A stretch of 61,528 bases of DNA, counting the filler. It is 5 parts of 5 records of this genome, joined end to end, with 100 filler letters (N's around TTAATTAATTAA, not from the genome) between each part and the next. Parts side by side here need not be neighbours in the genome. Positions count along the whole stretch, not along the records: positions 48,687 to 61,528 come from SRR2962707_4880; 4 more parts are not named here. One strand, written 5' to 3'. Shown here piece by piece: positions 51,457-61,528 of the stretch; position 1 is the stretch's first letter; every line of letters starts with the position of its first letter. The position numbers and the translations under genes are program-made. The notes below the pieces were generated by a model, which had not been told where the DNA came from, searched no databases, and worked only from the letters and a program-made list of their open reading frames with translations.

Positions 51457-52035
51457 TCACTTGAGCTTGGAAAGCTTGTCCTGCAATTCGGCCAATTGCT
51501 GCTTGATCGCGTCCAGACTCTCGTCTTGTTTTTTGTCGGATTTATCCGCTTTCGCCGCTGTCTCGGCCTCGGGCTTGGTCATGCCCGGCCAGGCGGCGGG
51601 CATATTTCCTGTCATGGCTTTCATGAATGCTTCTTGCTGCGCCTGCATGACATCAAATCCCGGCATTTTCGACATCGGGTTGATGGTGTTCATGTTCTCC
51701 AACACCCGCGACTGGCCGTCGCGCAGCATATCAAAGGACGCTTTCAAAAACTGTGGCACAACGCTTGCACCCGGTGACATATAGCTGCGCACCAGATCGT
51801 TCAGCACATCAACCGGCAAAACCGATTCACCGCGGCTTTCGTGATCTGCAATGATCTGCAAAAGATATTGACGGGTCAGATCGTCGCCGGATTTCAAATC
51901 CATAATCTGAACTTCGCGCCCATCCCGGATAAACCCCGAGATATCCTCAAGCGTAACGTAGTCGCTTGTTTCGGTATTATATAGTCGCCGGCTGGCGTAA
52001 CGCTTGATCAGCAGAGGCTTGTCTGTGTCGGCCAC
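51457..52035 (-). CDS. phaR: Polyhydroxyalkanoate synthesis repressor
   Basis: LIKRYASRRLYNTETSDYVTL and DDLTRQYLLQII; GTG start after GGGAGG. Confidence 0.95.
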   Translation of the reverse strand: MADTDKPLLIKRYASRRLYNTETSDYVTLEDISGFIRDGREVQIMDLKSGDDLTRQYLLQIIADHESRGESVLPVDVLNDLVRSYMSPGASVVPQFLKASFDMLRDGQSRVLENMNTINPMSKMPGFDVMQAQQEAFMKAMTGNMPAAWPGMTKPEAETAAKADKSDKKQDESLDAIKQQLAELQDKLSKLK

Positions 52036-52058
52036 GATGGATCCCTCCCAAATTTCGC

Positions 52059-52071
52059 GCTGCATCGCAGC
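52059..52071. promoter_or_regulatory. PhaR operator-like site upstream of phaR
   Basis: GCTGC-ATC-GCAGC (CTGC-N3-GCAG). Confidence 0.65.
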
Positions 52072-52175
52072 TTAGGGGAGCGCGATTCAAAAAGAAAGAG
52101 CCTCCCAACAAAGAAAGGGCAGACTTTTTCAAGCCTGCCCGATCACTCATGAAAACGTCTTTGCCTTGCGGCGAA

Positions 52176-52619
52176 TTATTTTGCTGTCGCTTTTTTCGTG
52201 GCTTTTGTTGCTTCAGCTGTCGCCTTTTGAACGGCTGCTGTTGCTTCTGCGGACATGTCTTTGCCCGCGGCCATCATCAGTTCAACTGTATCCGCTTGAA
52301 CGGATTTTGCGATTTCGGCGAATGCGGCCATATGCTCGGCTGCGACTTCGGCAGATGCAGATGTGAAATCTGTCATTGCTTTTGCATAGTCAGCAGGCTC
52401 GGACTTGGCTTTGGACATTTCTGCCAGCTTGGACAGTGTTTCTTTTTGCCATTTGCTGGAAATCTCGGCGGATTTCTCGGCGGCTGTCAGCGCAACGCCG
52501 GACAGTTTTTCGTTCAGAGTGGCTGTTGTTTTGAACGCGTCGTTCAGCGCAGTTGTATCAACTGGGAATGCGCCCATAACGTCTTTCATCATGGCGGCGA
52601 TATCAGGTGTCTTTGTCAT
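52176..52619 (-). CDS. phaP: Phasin
   Basis: Ala/Lys-rich 147-aa protein between phaC and phaR. Confidence 0.88.
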   Translation of the reverse strand: MTKTPDIAAMMKDVMGAFPVDTTALNDAFKTTATLNEKLSGVALTAAEKSAEISSKWQKETLSKLAEMSKAKSEPADYAKAMTDFTSASAEVAAEHMAAFAEIAKSVQADTVELMMAAGKDMSAEATAAVQKATAEATKATKKATAK

Positions 52620-52683
52620 AGTCTTTTCCTCTTTCAGTTGAGAGCGGCAACAGCCTGCTCGTTCTGGTATAAGGGATATCTAT

Positions 52684-52726
52684 ATGCTGCGGCGCGGCAT
52701 TTCAAGTATATTCTGCACTGCAGCAT
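52684..52726. promoter_or_regulatory. Tandem PhaR operator-like sites upstream of phaP
   Basis: ATGCTGCGGCGCGGCAT and CTGC-ACT-GCAG. Confidence 0.7.
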
Positions 52727-52760
52727 ATGAAAGTTGACCTAGGGGAAAAGAGCAATCGGA

Positions 52761-54566
52761 TCAGCCTCTTGCTTTGCGTGTCACATAGGTTCCGGGCGCA
52801 TCGCACAAAATTTCTTGGCCCTCCGCCCCCGGAATACGCGCCTCGACCAACCCGCCCGAGTGATTCTCAAGCCAGCTTCCCCAGCGGGGCCACCACGAGC
52901 CTTTGTGAAATGCTGCCCCCGCCAGCCAGTCTTTGTAATCCAGTGACATGTCATCATTGGTATAGTGACCGTATTTGCCTTTGCTGGGCGGATTTACGAT
53001 GCCTGCAATATGGCCCGACTGGGTCATGATAAACGTTTTGTCTTTGCTCCCCATCTGCTGAATGCCGCGATAGCTGTCTTTCCACGGCGCGATGTGGTCG
53101 GTCTCGCAGCCGATGGCGATCAGCGGCACCTCGATATCGCCCAGCTCAAGGTGGTGCCCCATCAGGTCAAACCCGCCCTCGGCCAGTTTGTTTTGCTGGC
53201 AAAGCCCGCGCAGATATTCCATCGCCATACGTTCCGGCAGGTTCGCCCCGTCCCCGTTCCAATACAGCAGGTCAAACGCAGGCGGCGTATCGCCCAGCAT
53301 ATAGCTTTTGATCGCAGGGCCATACACCAGATCGTTTGACCGCAGAAACGAGAATGTCCGCGCCATGATGGACGACGGCAATATCCCTTTGTCCTTGGTT
53401 TCCGCTTCGATCCCATCGATGAAATCATCCGTCAGGAAGGGCTGGAATTCACCCTGATCCGAAAAATCTGTCAGCGCGGTAAAGAACGTAGCCGACCGCA
53501 CCGATGTGTCGCTGCGCTGCTTCAGCAGGGACAGCGTCAGCGAAAGCGTGGTGCCCGCAATGCAATAGCCCACCGCGTTGACCTGATCCTGACCGGTGAT
53601 CTTTTTGACCTCTTCGATGGCCGCAACAAACCCGTCTTCGATATAGTCGCCCATGCCAACGTCGCGATAGGTGTTATCGGGGTTGATCCACGACACCATG
53701 AACAGGCTGTGCCCCTGATCCACAATCCATTTCACCAGACTGTTCTGTTCTTTCAGGTCCAGAATGTAGAATTTGTTTATCCACGGCGGAAAGATCACGA
53801 TCGGCGTTTCATGTACCTTTTCGGTGGTGGGGGTGTATTGGATCAGCTCGAACATGCGGTTGCGAAACACCACCTTGCCCGGTGACGTGGCAATGTTACG
53901 GCCCAGCTCGAACGCAGATTCATCCGCAAGCCGCACGATCATTTCACCATTGTTGGCCTCAAGGTCCGATATCAGGTTTTCCAGCCCCTTGATCAGGCTT
54001 TCGCCTTCGGTGGCAACCGCACGTTCCAGCGCATCAGGGTTGGTAGCCAGAAAATTTGTCGGGCTCATCAGGTCGATGATCTGGCGGCTGAAATATTCCA
54101 ACCGCTGCTTTTCGCGCGGTGCAAGGTCAGACACATCGGCAATCGCTTGGTGCAGGGTTTCCGCGTTGATCAAATACTGCTGTTTCACATAGTTGAAATA
54201 GGGGTGGCTTTCCCACAGCGGGTTGGCAAAGCGCCGGTCTTTGGGCGTGGTATCGGCGGGCGCTTCCAGCTTGCCCTTTGCCAGCGCCTTTTGGGCCTCG
54301 ACAAAATGCGAGACGGATTTCGTCCAGAATGACACCTGTTGCTCGATCAGCTTGGCTGGGTTGTGCACCGCCTCGGTCCAATAGGATTGCGCGGCCTTGG
54401 CGAACAGCTCTTGATTCGGCCCGTCTAGGGCGGCTTGGTGCCCTTCCCGGTTCACCATAATCTGCGACAGCCGAGCCCCCAATGCTTCAACTTTATTCAT
54501 ATTCTCTGTCATCCGCGCCAGCGCAGCGGCATCGGGTTCCAAGGGCTCATTCGTTTTTGTTGTCAT
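52761..54566 (-). CDS. phaC: Class I PHA synthase
   Basis: DRRF, PPWINKFYILDL, GYCIAG, LLYWNGD, DHIAPW, SGHIAG. Confidence 0.97.
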   Translation of the reverse strand: MTTKTNEPLEPDAAALARMTENMNKVEALGARLSQIMVNREGHQAALDGPNQELFAKAAQSYWTEAVHNPAKLIEQQVSFWTKSVSHFVEAQKALAKGKLEAPADTTPKDRRFANPLWESHPYFNYVKQQYLINAETLHQAIADVSDLAPREKQRLEYFSRQIIDLMSPTNFLATNPDALERAVATEGESLIKGLENLISDLEANNGEMIVRLADESAFELGRNIATSPGKVVFRNRMFELIQYTPTTEKVHETPIVIFPPWINKFYILDLKEQNSLVKWIVDQGHSLFMVSWINPDNTYRDVGMGDYIEDGFVAAIEEVKKITGQDQVNAVGYCIAGTTLSLTLSLLKQRSDTSVRSATFFTALTDFSDQGEFQPFLTDDFIDGIEAETKDKGILPSSIMARTFSFLRSNDLVYGPAIKSYMLGDTPPAFDLLYWNGDGANLPERMAMEYLRGLCQQNKLAEGGFDLMGHHLELGDIEVPLIAIGCETDHIAPWKDSYRGIQQMGSKDKTFIMTQSGHIAGIVNPPSKGKYGHYTNDDMSLDYKDWLAGAAFHKGSWWPRWGSWLENHSGGLVEARIPGAEGQEILCDAPGTYVTRKARG

Positions 54567-54671
54567 CTTAACGGTTCCTCCCTATGTTTGCACTTGCAGC
54601 ATCGCGCCGCCCTATCTGGGAGGGGACCGGCGGAGTGCCCAAGCACAGGGCCAACCAACAGGAGACCCCTC

Positions 54672-55967
54672 ATGAAGTATATGGCATCTTACGATTTAAT
54701 GGAAACAATGCGTAACACCAATCAATGGCTTGGTGCGACGGCGCAGGCATTTGCATCGTATCCCGTATTTTCCGCCTTCCCCAATCCCGCGATGGATTGG
54801 ATGGCCGCTTGGGGCGAAGTCACCGAACGCAGCTTTGCGCGCATGGTTGCCAAACCCGATTGGAACCTGCCCGCCGTTGTCGGCGAAGACGAGGCCGACC
54901 ACCCCGTTTCCATCGAAAAAGAGATCAAAGGCGCGTTTGGCGACCTGCTGCATTTCGTAGTGCAGAACCGCGAAGCGCCAAAACGCAAAGTGCTGCTGGT
55001 CGCGCCTATGTCGGGCCACTATGCCACCTTGCTGCGGTCGACCGTGATCAGCCTGATCCCCGACACAGATTTGTATATCACCGATTGGCATAATGCCCGC
55101 GAAATTCCCGTCAGCGCGGGCAAGTTCGACGTCGAGGATTACACCCTGCATCTGGTTGAATACATGCGCCATCTTGGCCCCGACGTGCATGTTATTGCCG
55201 TGTGCCAACCTGCCCCGCTGGCCCTTGCCGCCACCGCCTATCTGGCCGAGGAAGACCCAAGCGCGCAGCCCAGTTCCCTAACGCTGATCGGCGGTCCGAT
55301 TGACCCCGATGCCGCCCCGACCGAGGTCACCGATTTTGGCGACCGTGTACACATGGGCCATTTGCAGGAAATGTCGATCCAGCAGGTCGGCTTTAAATAC
55401 CCCGGCGTTGGCCGCAAGGTATATCCGGGGCTGTTGCAGCTGAATTCCTTCATCTCGATGAACAGCGAAACCCATGCCAAAGCATTCAGTGACCAGATCA
55501 CGCGCGTTGTCCAAGGCGAGGCTGGCGATCACGACAAACACAACAAATTCTATGACGAATATCTGGCCGTCATGGACATGCCCGCCGAATTCTATCTCTC
55601 CACGGTCGAGCGGATCTTTAAAAACAACGAAATCGGCAAGAACAACTTTACCATTGCGGGTAAGAAGGTCGACATCGGCAAGATCACTACCGTCGCTGTC
55701 AAAACCGTCGAAGGGACCAAGGATGACATTTCGGCCCCCGGCCAATGTGTTGCCGCCCTTGGTCTGTGCACCGGCCTGCCTGACAGTAAAAAGGCCAGCC
55801 ACCTAGAAGACGGCGCAGGTCACTATGGTATCTTTGCGGGCAAAAGCTGGCGCAACAATATCCGCCCGCTGGTGCTGCAATTCATTGATTCAAACCCACG
55901 CGACGCGGAAAAGCCCCAGACAAAGGCAAAAACCAAGAAGCCGGCCAACGATAACGCAGCGGCGTGA
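54672..55967 (+). CDS. phaZ: Intracellular PHA depolymerase
   Basis: VAPMSGHYATLLR, AVCQP, GGPID, FYDEYLAVMD, GHYGIF; GGAG RBS. Confidence 0.95.
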   Translation: MKYMASYDLMETMRNTNQWLGATAQAFASYPVFSAFPNPAMDWMAAWGEVTERSFARMVAKPDWNLPAVVGEDEADHPVSIEKEIKGAFGDLLHFVVQNREAPKRKVLLVAPMSGHYATLLRSTVISLIPDTDLYITDWHNAREIPVSAGKFDVEDYTLHLVEYMRHLGPDVHVIAVCQPAPLALAATAYLAEEDPSAQPSSLTLIGGPIDPDAAPTEVTDFGDRVHMGHLQEMSIQQVGFKYPGVGRKVYPGLLQLNSFISMNSETHAKAFSDQITRVVQGEAGDHDKHNKFYDEYLAVMDMPAEFYLSTVERIFKNNEIGKNNFTIAGKKVDIGKITTVAVKTVEGTKDDISAPGQCVAALGLCTGLPDSKKASHLEDGAGHYGIFAGKSWRNNIRPLVLQFIDSNPRDAEKPQTKAKTKKPANDNAAA

Positions 55968-56551
55968 TGTTCAAAAAGCCGAAAGATGTCGCCTTTCGCT
56001 GTGCCTGTGGCACCGTGACTGGAACATTGCTTGGCGCGTCACCCGCTGTCGGCAATCATCTAGAATGCTTCTGCAAGGATTGCCGCGCAGCCGAGGTGTT
56101 TTCGGGCCAACCCGACACCACCTCTGTCGCCATGTTCCAGACCACGCCGGACCGGATCAAATTCGATCAAGGCCTTGACCAGCTGGCGGTGTTTTCCTTT
56201 GGTGAAAAGAATATACTGCGCTGGCACGCCACATGTTGCGGGTCTGTGATTGGCAACACTTTACGCAATCCCAAGATCGCATTTTCCAGCATCCGCACCT
56301 CGATGCTGGTCGACACCGATGCCATTGGCCCGGTCACGACCCAGGCATTTTTGCAGCAGCCCGGCGAAAAGCCCCGACACAAAGGCATGTCGCGTTTCGT
56401 CTGGGGTGTGTTGAGCCGCGGAATTGCAGCACGCATTACAGGCCGTTGGAAAGACACGGCATTTTTCGACGCCGATACACTTGCGCCCATCCGCGAAGTC
56501 CATGTTGTGCCCAAGGCCAAGCGCAGCGAAATTGGTGCCCGGCTGCGCTAA
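55964..56551 (+). CDS. Cys-rich GFA-like / DUF6151-type protein
   Basis: CACG, CFCKDC, RWHATCCGS; overlaps the phaZ stop. Confidence 0.75.
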   Translation: MMFKKPKDVAFRCACGTVTGTLLGASPAVGNHLECFCKDCRAAEVFSGQPDTTSVAMFQTTPDRIKFDQGLDQLAVFSFGEKNILRWHATCCGSVIGNTLRNPKIAFSSIRTSMLVDTDAIGPVTTQAFLQQPGEKPRHKGMSRFVWGVLSRGIAARITGRWKDTAFFDADTLAPIREVHVVPKAKRSEIGARLR

Positions 56552-56569
56552 GCGCCTGCCGTTACGCCG

Positions 56570-57289
56570 CTAACGCGCCATTGCCGGCGCGGCAGACATC
56601 TGCATCCACTGGATCAGCGCGTCGGTCACGGCCTGAGGCTGCTCTAACGTTGGCACATGCCCTGCCCCTTCGATCACCCGCAAAAACCCGGTGGGGATCA
56701 GTTCGGCCATAAAGCTGTGACGCTTGACGGTGTTGATCGTGTCCGCCTCTCCGCACATCACAAGGGTCGGGCAGCGCAGCTTGCGCAAGACCGCCTGTTG
56801 ATCGCGCACACGTTGCAGCGCGCGCGCCTGTTTCAGATACACCTCGACCCCCAGTGTGTCGGCCATATCCAGCAAAATCTCCATCACCGCCGCGCGGTTT
56901 GGCCCTTGGGCAAGGGCCGTCAGCGGTATTTCCGACCGCATCACATCCTCCAAACGCCCCGACTTGGCCTTGACGATCAGCAGTTCACGCATGGCCGATG
57001 CTTGGGGTGTGCCTGCCAGCGGGCTGGTGTCCATCAGCGCCAGACGCGTGACCCGGTTCGGCGCGCGCCGCACGATTTCCAGCGCGACCATGCCGCCCAG
57101 CCCCAGCCCCGCCAGCGCGAATTTCATCGGTAGAATATCCAGCAAACCCGACGCGATTTCGTCGATCCGTTCGCCTTGGGTAATGGGGGCAACGGTCACG
57201 GCAGTTGTCGCCGAAAGTTCGGCAATCTGCGGCCAGAACACCCGCGCGTCACACATCAGCCCCGGCAAAAAAACAAGCGGTTCAGCCAT
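56570..57289 (-). CDS. Alpha/beta-fold hydrolase; nucleophile position reads GLGLGG
   Basis: LVFLPGLMCD, GLGLGG, CGEAD, AGHVPTLE. Confidence 0.85.
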   Translation of the reverse strand: MAEPLVFLPGLMCDARVFWPQIAELSATTAVTVAPITQGERIDEIASGLLDILPMKFALAGLGLGGMVALEIVRRAPNRVTRLALMDTSPLAGTPQASAMRELLIVKAKSGRLEDVMRSEIPLTALAQGPNRAAVMEILLDMADTLGVEVYLKQARALQRVRDQQAVLRKLRCPTLVMCGEADTINTVKRHSFMAELIPTGFLRVIEGAGHVPTLEQPQAVTDALIQWMQMSAAPAMAR

Positions 57290-57349
57290 ATTTCATCCTA
57301 TCAGCCCAAGGCTGCATTGCGCGTTTCAGCCGGATTGATGCGTAGATCA

Positions 57350-57982
57350 TCACGGATATGCAATGCCCCGCAAGGGCGGAAAATCGGCGTATCGCGCACG
57401 GCGTTGTACTGCGTCCTCTGCCGGTGTATCCCCCGCGCGCAGCAGCATCCCCTTGGGCGCAATATAGCTCGAGATCGTGCGCAATGGCATGGACCGCCAG
57501 ACCAGATTGAACGCCGCCAGTTTGGGGAAAAACCACATCTCGGAATAGGGCAGATGGTCATGCACCCACCACGCCAGATCGCGCCAGTCGCGGCCCTGAT
57601 CATATTGATCGGCAAACCACGGGATCACAACAGACGCCCCCGCAATCGCCGCATCACCCGCGCCGCGATCCCAGATATGGCATTCGCCGGGGTTGTCGCT
57701 GGCGGCACAGTTCAGCTTGTTGGCGTTGCCGTAATCATTCAGCGTCCGCGACCGATACCCCGACCGCACCGCGACCCGGCCAAATGTTTCCTCAAGCGGG
57801 TCCAGCAGCGCGGTGCAAAATGCCCGCCCGTTTTCAATCGCCAGATCTGGGTCGTCTGGAATGTTCGGGATCCCGTGAAAGCCGCCAATCTCGGAATACA
57901 GGAAATCGCGCATATAGAAACGTTTCGACAGACGCACCCGCCCGACGGTTTCAAGGCTCCACATGCTGGCGGGTTTACGCAT
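57350..57982 (-). CDS. Hypothetical protein with a peptidase M15-like N-terminal half
   Basis: RLSKRFYMRDFLYSE, LLDPLEETFG, VRSGYRS, HIWD; in an operon with hydrolases. Confidence 0.7.
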   Translation of the reverse strand: MRKPASMWSLETVGRVRLSKRFYMRDFLYSEIGGFHGIPNIPDDPDLAIENGRAFCTALLDPLEETFGRVAVRSGYRSRTLNDYGNANKLNCAASDNPGECHIWDRGAGDAAIAGASVVIPWFADQYDQGRDWRDLAWWVHDHLPYSEMWFFPKLAAFNLVWRSMPLRTISSYIAPKGMLLRAGDTPAEDAVQRRARYADFPPLRGIAYP

Positions 57983-58733
57983 CCGCGGCCTTGCTCAACA
58001 CCTCTTGCACCGCCGCTTGCATCAGCCCCAAACAGCGGTCATCCGAAAACCGGTGATCGGCGTCTTTGACCAGTCGCAACTGCATGTCCGGCCCCGTGGC
58101 ATGTTCCAACAGCTTCACCGCCGTTGCGACGCTCACGGCCGTATCCGCCGTGCCCTGCAAGAACCGTACCGGAAACGGCAGGTCCAACGCAGACCGCAAC
58201 ACCAGCTGCTTGCGCCCGTCCTCGATCATCCGCTTGGTGATGATGTACGGCTCCATATAATCCGACGGCAATTCAACACGGCCTTCGGTTTCCAACTGCT
58301 GCTTTTGCACGTCGGAAAAGCTGGCCCAATACCCGTCTTCGGTAAAATCCGGTGCCGCTGCGATGGTGACCAATCCGGCAATCCGGTCCGGTATCGCGCG
58401 ACACAGCAACAGCGACTGCCAGCCGCCCATGGATGATCCGACCGGCACGATCTTGCCCTTGGTCAACGCGGTCACGGCGGCCAGGCTGTCCTGCGCCCAA
58501 TCGCCAATGCAGCCGTCGGTGAAATCGCCCGAGGATTCGCCGTGGCCCGAATAATCAAAGCGCAAAAACGCGCGCCCCTCGCGTCGGACCCAATCCTCAA
58601 GAAACACGGCCTTGGTGCCTTGCATGTCGGATTTCAGCCCGCCCAGAAACACCACACAAGGCCCACGGCCATCGGTCAGATGATAGGCCAGCGTCCGCCC
58701 TTGCGGCGTCGTGAGGGTTTGCGCCACGGTCAT
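57975..58733 (-). CDS. Alpha/beta hydrolase (ABHD10-like)
   Basis: SDMQGTKA, RFDYSGHGES, GSSMGG, AAAPDF, DHRFS. Confidence 0.9.
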   Translation of the reverse strand: MTVAQTLTTPQGRTLAYHLTDGRGPCVVFLGGLKSDMQGTKAVFLEDWVRREGRAFLRFDYSGHGESSGDFTDGCIGDWAQDSLAAVTALTKGKIVPVGSSMGGWQSLLLCRAIPDRIAGLVTIAAAPDFTEDGYWASFSDVQKQQLETEGRVELPSDYMEPYIITKRMIEDGRKQLVLRSALDLPFPVRFLQGTADTAVSVATAVKLLEHATGPDMQLRLVKDADHRFSDDRCLGLMQAAVQEVLSKAADA

Positions 58734-58963
58734 CCGCCCAAATACGTGCCCTTGGAGGGGCGATAGAATATCTTTTGATTGTGCAGACGCCCTAGAAGAT
58801 CGTCGATCTTGCGCAGGGATCCCACTGTCTCATCTGCGGGCAGCATCTCTTGGGTGCCATTATAGACGTCAGCCGATAGATCACGCTTGGTGATGTGCAG
58901 GGCTGCCTCGATCAGGTCGATATCGCTGACTGTCAGCTCGAAAGTGCGGTTGTGTTTGGACAT
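58730..58963 (-). CDS. Small conserved hypothetical protein
   Basis: FELTVSDIDLIEAAL...LLGRLHNQKIFYRP; overlaps the next start. Confidence 0.7.
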   Translation of the reverse strand: MSKHNRTFELTVSDIDLIEAALHITKRDLSADVYNGTQEMLPADETVGSLRKIDDLLGRLHNQKIFYRPSKGTYLGG

Positions 58964-59024
58964 CTCGCCATCCTTTTGAATGCATGTACCATCCCCCATG
59001 TCATAAAAGCAGACGCGCCAACGT

Positions 59025-60344
59025 TCAATCCACTGCTTCGACCTCGCTTAGGCCAAAGGCCACAACAGCCGCCCCCACCGCCATAACTGCAAATAAAACC
59101 AGCGTTGCGTTTGGCCCGACCAGCGCCGCACCGCCGCCGGCAAATCCCGCGATCAACAGCAACACACCAATCACCGTGTTGGATACCGCCGCATAGGCTG
59201 ATCGTTGGTCTTTGGGTGCCATATCAACCAGATAGGTCGACCGCCCCTGCCGCACACCGTGATAGGCGATCATCAGGATGAACAGCACCAGCGGCATCGC
59301 CCAGATTTGTGTGGCCAGCCCCAGCAGGCTAAGCGCGACGGCCCCCAGCATCGCACAGGCCCCGACGATCCCGGTCAGCATCAACACCTTGCGGCTGGAC
59401 TGGTCCGACAACCGCCCCCAGATATACGAGCTTAGGAATGACGCCAGCGCCGATGCCAATACCAAAGCTCCAAGCTGGCCAAGGGCGGATTGTTCCTCTC
59501 CCCCTGCAAGCACCACAAAGTAGGGCGGGGCCAAAGCGGTTGACGCCAACAACCCCCGCGCCAGAATAAAGCGTCGCAGGTTCGCATCCTGTTTTAAGAT
59601 GCTGAAATCGGCCTTCGCCGCGTTGGAAGGGTCGCTTTTCATTTCGTCCAAGGTGGAAAACAGCAGCGCCGCCACCCCCCACAGGCAGGCCGCCAATGCG
59701 ATGGCCGCTATGACAATGCCCGTGCTTTCAAACAGGCCCGACATTAGCAAAAGCGCCAGGATCACCACGCCAACAGAGGATACCGACCCCGCCAGCCCGG
59801 TGATCGCCCCGCGCCGCGACTGGCCTACGGTCTTGCCCAAAATGTCCTTGTAAGACACCGAACAGGCGGCCCGCGACAACGCTAACCCGCCAAGGGCCGC
59901 ACAAATGGCAAACCCGGCGGCAGACCCTTCCAACGTCAGGGCCGCCAGCACGATCAGCGCGGCGAATATGCCCTGCCCTGCGCTGCCCACCACCCACGCC
60001 CATTTGCGCCGCTGCATCGCCTGCACCCAAGACGCAAGCAACATCTGCGGCAGCAACGCGCCACTTTCACGGATCGGCACCAGCGCGCCTGCGGAAACGG
60101 CGGGTGCGCCCAACGACGTCAGCAACCATGACAACATCAGTTTGGGGTCAATCAGTCCGTCCGCGACCTTGGTCATCGACAGGCTGGCAACATGGCGCAA
60201 TGCGTTTGATGCTTCGGCTTTTTGCGCGCCCTGTGTCAGATCGTCAGCGTCGCCCTGTGCCCCTGACAGTTTTTCAAAGGCCCTGCGCGCCAATCCATCC
60301 TGCATCCTGTCGTTTCCCACCGTGTTGATGTTTTGCGTCGTCAT
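59025..60344 (-). CDS. MFS-type membrane transporter (start uncertain; may be 60305)
   Basis: About 12 hydrophobic segments; WGRLSDQSSRK; YLVDMAP. Confidence 0.85.
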   Translation of the reverse strand: MTTQNINTVGNDRMQDGLARRAFEKLSGAQGDADDLTQGAQKAEASNALRHVASLSMTKVADGLIDPKLMLSWLLTSLGAPAVSAGALVPIRESGALLPQMLLASWVQAMQRRKWAWVVGSAGQGIFAALIVLAALTLEGSAAGFAICAALGGLALSRAACSVSYKDILGKTVGQSRRGAITGLAGSVSSVGVVILALLLMSGLFESTGIVIAAIALAACLWGVAALLFSTLDEMKSDPSNAAKADFSILKQDANLRRFILARGLLASTALAPPYFVVLAGGEEQSALGQLGALVLASALASFLSSYIWGRLSDQSSRKVLMLTGIVGACAMLGAVALSLLGLATQIWAMPLVLFILMIAYHGVRQGRSTYLVDMAPKDQRSAYAAVSNTVIGVLLLIAGFAGGGAALVGPNATLVLFAVMAVGAAVVAFGLSEVEAVD

Positions 60345-60485
60345 TATGTCGCAACGCATAAGCACGCAAAGAAGTTTCAAAACATGCCGCAGTTATTGAC
60401 AACCCCGCCCCACGCAGCCATCTAACGCGAGCACATAACCCGCAACCGGGCGTCTCGTAGGCGCCAAACCGACGAGGAGGCCCAA

Positions 60486-61528
60486 ATGGCCCAGATCACT
60501 CTCACCCTTCCCGATGGCAATGCACGACACTACGACGCAGGTATCACTGCGGGCGAGGTTGCCAGCGACATCTCGAAATCCCTTGGCAAAAAGGCGATCA
60601 GTGCCACCGTGAACGGTGCGCATTTCGATCTGGCCTGGCCGATTAACGCAGATGCCAGCATCGCGATCCACACCATGGCCGACGAAGATCAGGCCAACGA
60701 ACTGGTCCGCCACGATCTTGCGCACATCATGGCCCGCGCCGTTCAGGAAATCTGGCCCGACACCAAGGTCACCATCGGCCCGGTGATCAAAGACGGCTGG
60801 TACTACGACTTTGACCGCAAGGAACCTTTCACCCCCGAAGACCTTGGCGCGATCGAAAAGAAGATGAAGGAAATCATTAACGCCCGCGATCCCGTCCGTA
60901 CCGAGGTTTGGGACCGCCCCCGCGCGATCAAGCATTACGAAGACCTGAATGAACCCTATAAGGTCGAACTGATCGAAAGCATCCCCGGTGATGAACCGCT
61001 GCGCATGTATTGGCATGGCGACTGGCAAGATTTGTGCCGTGGCCCCCACCTGCAACACACCGGCCAAGTGCCCGGCGACGCGTTCAAACTGATGTCCATC
61101 GCTGGTGCCTATTGGCGCGGCGACAGCGACCGGCCGATGTTGCAACGCATCTATGGCGTGGCATTCACCGGCAAGGAAAAGCTGCGCGCGCATCTGAACA
61201 TGCTCGAAGAGGCCGCCAAACGTGACCACCGCAAGCTGGGCCGCGAGATGGACCTGTTCCACATGCAAGAAGAAGCCCCCGGTCAGGTGTTCTGGCACCC
61301 CAACGGCTGGCTGATCTATACCCAGTTGCAGGATTACATGCGCCGCAAACAACGCGCAGGCGGCTACGTCGAGGTGAACACCCCGCAAGTCGTTGACCGC
61401 AAACTGTGGGAAGCATCGGGCCACTGGGAAAAGTACCAAGAACACATGTTCATCGTCGAAGTAGACGAAGAACACGCCCGCGAGAAATCAGTCAACGCGC
61501 TGAAACCGATGAACTGCCCCTGCCACGT
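60486..61528 (+). CDS. thrS: Threonine--tRNA ligase, 3' end runs off the window
   Basis: Absent from the ORF track. [62 protein letters not shown]. Confidence 0.97.
   Translation, partial: MAQITLTLPDGNARHYDAGITAGEVASDISKSLGKKAISATVNGAHFDLAWPINADASIAIHTMADEDQANELVRHDLAHIMARAVQEIWPDTKVTIGPVIKDGWYYDFDRKEPFTPEDLGAIEKKMKEIINARDPVRTEVWDRPRAIKHYEDLNEPYKVELIESIPGDEPLRMYWHGDWQDLCRGPHLQHTGQVPGDAFKLMSIAGAYWRGDSDRPMLQRIYGVAFTGKEKLRAHLNMLEEAAKRDHRKLGREMDLFHMQEEAPGQVFWHPNGWLIYTQLQDYMRRKQRAGGYVEVNTPQVVDRKLWEASGHWEKYQEHMFIVEVDEEHAREKSVNALKPMNCPCH

Noticed and set aside
54435-54671. N-terminal extension of phaZ in the ORF track
   Set aside because: It overlaps the phaC start; the RBS supports ATG at 54672.
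60393-61475. 360-aa minus-strand ORF
   Set aside because: Antisense shadow of thrS.

Overview
The window is not one locus. It is five unrelated contigs joined by artificial 100-bp spacers (N44-TTAATTAATTAA-N44) at 11137-11236, 20786-20885, 30273-30372 and 48587-48686. Contig 1 (1-11136, Rhizobiales-like alphaproteobacterium) holds the housekeeping cluster tsf-pyrH-frr-uppS-cdsA-rseP-bamA-lpxD-fabZ-lpxA-lpxI-lpxB; its BamA appears to have only four POTRA domains. Contig 2 (11237-20785, Rhodobacteraceae-like) is an accessory island bounded by IS481, IS21, IS3 and recombinase remnants and a tRNA-like att sequence. It encodes TrxC, a LonC-like protease, a USP-like protein, an APC permease, a PolX-derived HhH protein lacking the polymerase core, a small L,D-transpeptidase and a beta-CASP nuclease, with three FNR/FixK-type boxes in front of its transcription units. 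This is the best candidate for an undescribed low-oxygen stress module. Contig 3 (20886-30272, Rhodobacteraceae) carries creatinase, csbD plus a 24-aa protein behind an EcfG-type promoter, tyrB, sseA, smpB and purine catabolism genes (uraH, a puuE-uraD fusion, ureidoglycine aminohydrolase). Contig 4 (30373-48586, Marinobacter-like gammaproteobacterium) carries an FMN glutamate-synthase-family gene, a BCCT transporter, a retropepsin/inactive transglutaminase/ATP-grasp ligase triad, rmuC, AraC, a CoA transferase, an Ntn acylase and a lipase. Contig 5 (48687-61528, Rhodobacteraceae) carries an FAD oxidoreductase, a DegT aminotransferase, the phaR-phaP-phaC/phaZ cluster with PhaR boxes, hydrolases, an MFS transporter and partial thrS. 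I saw no rRNA, complete tRNA or CRISPR array. Taxonomic assignments and family calls come from recalled motifs and gene order, not from database searches.
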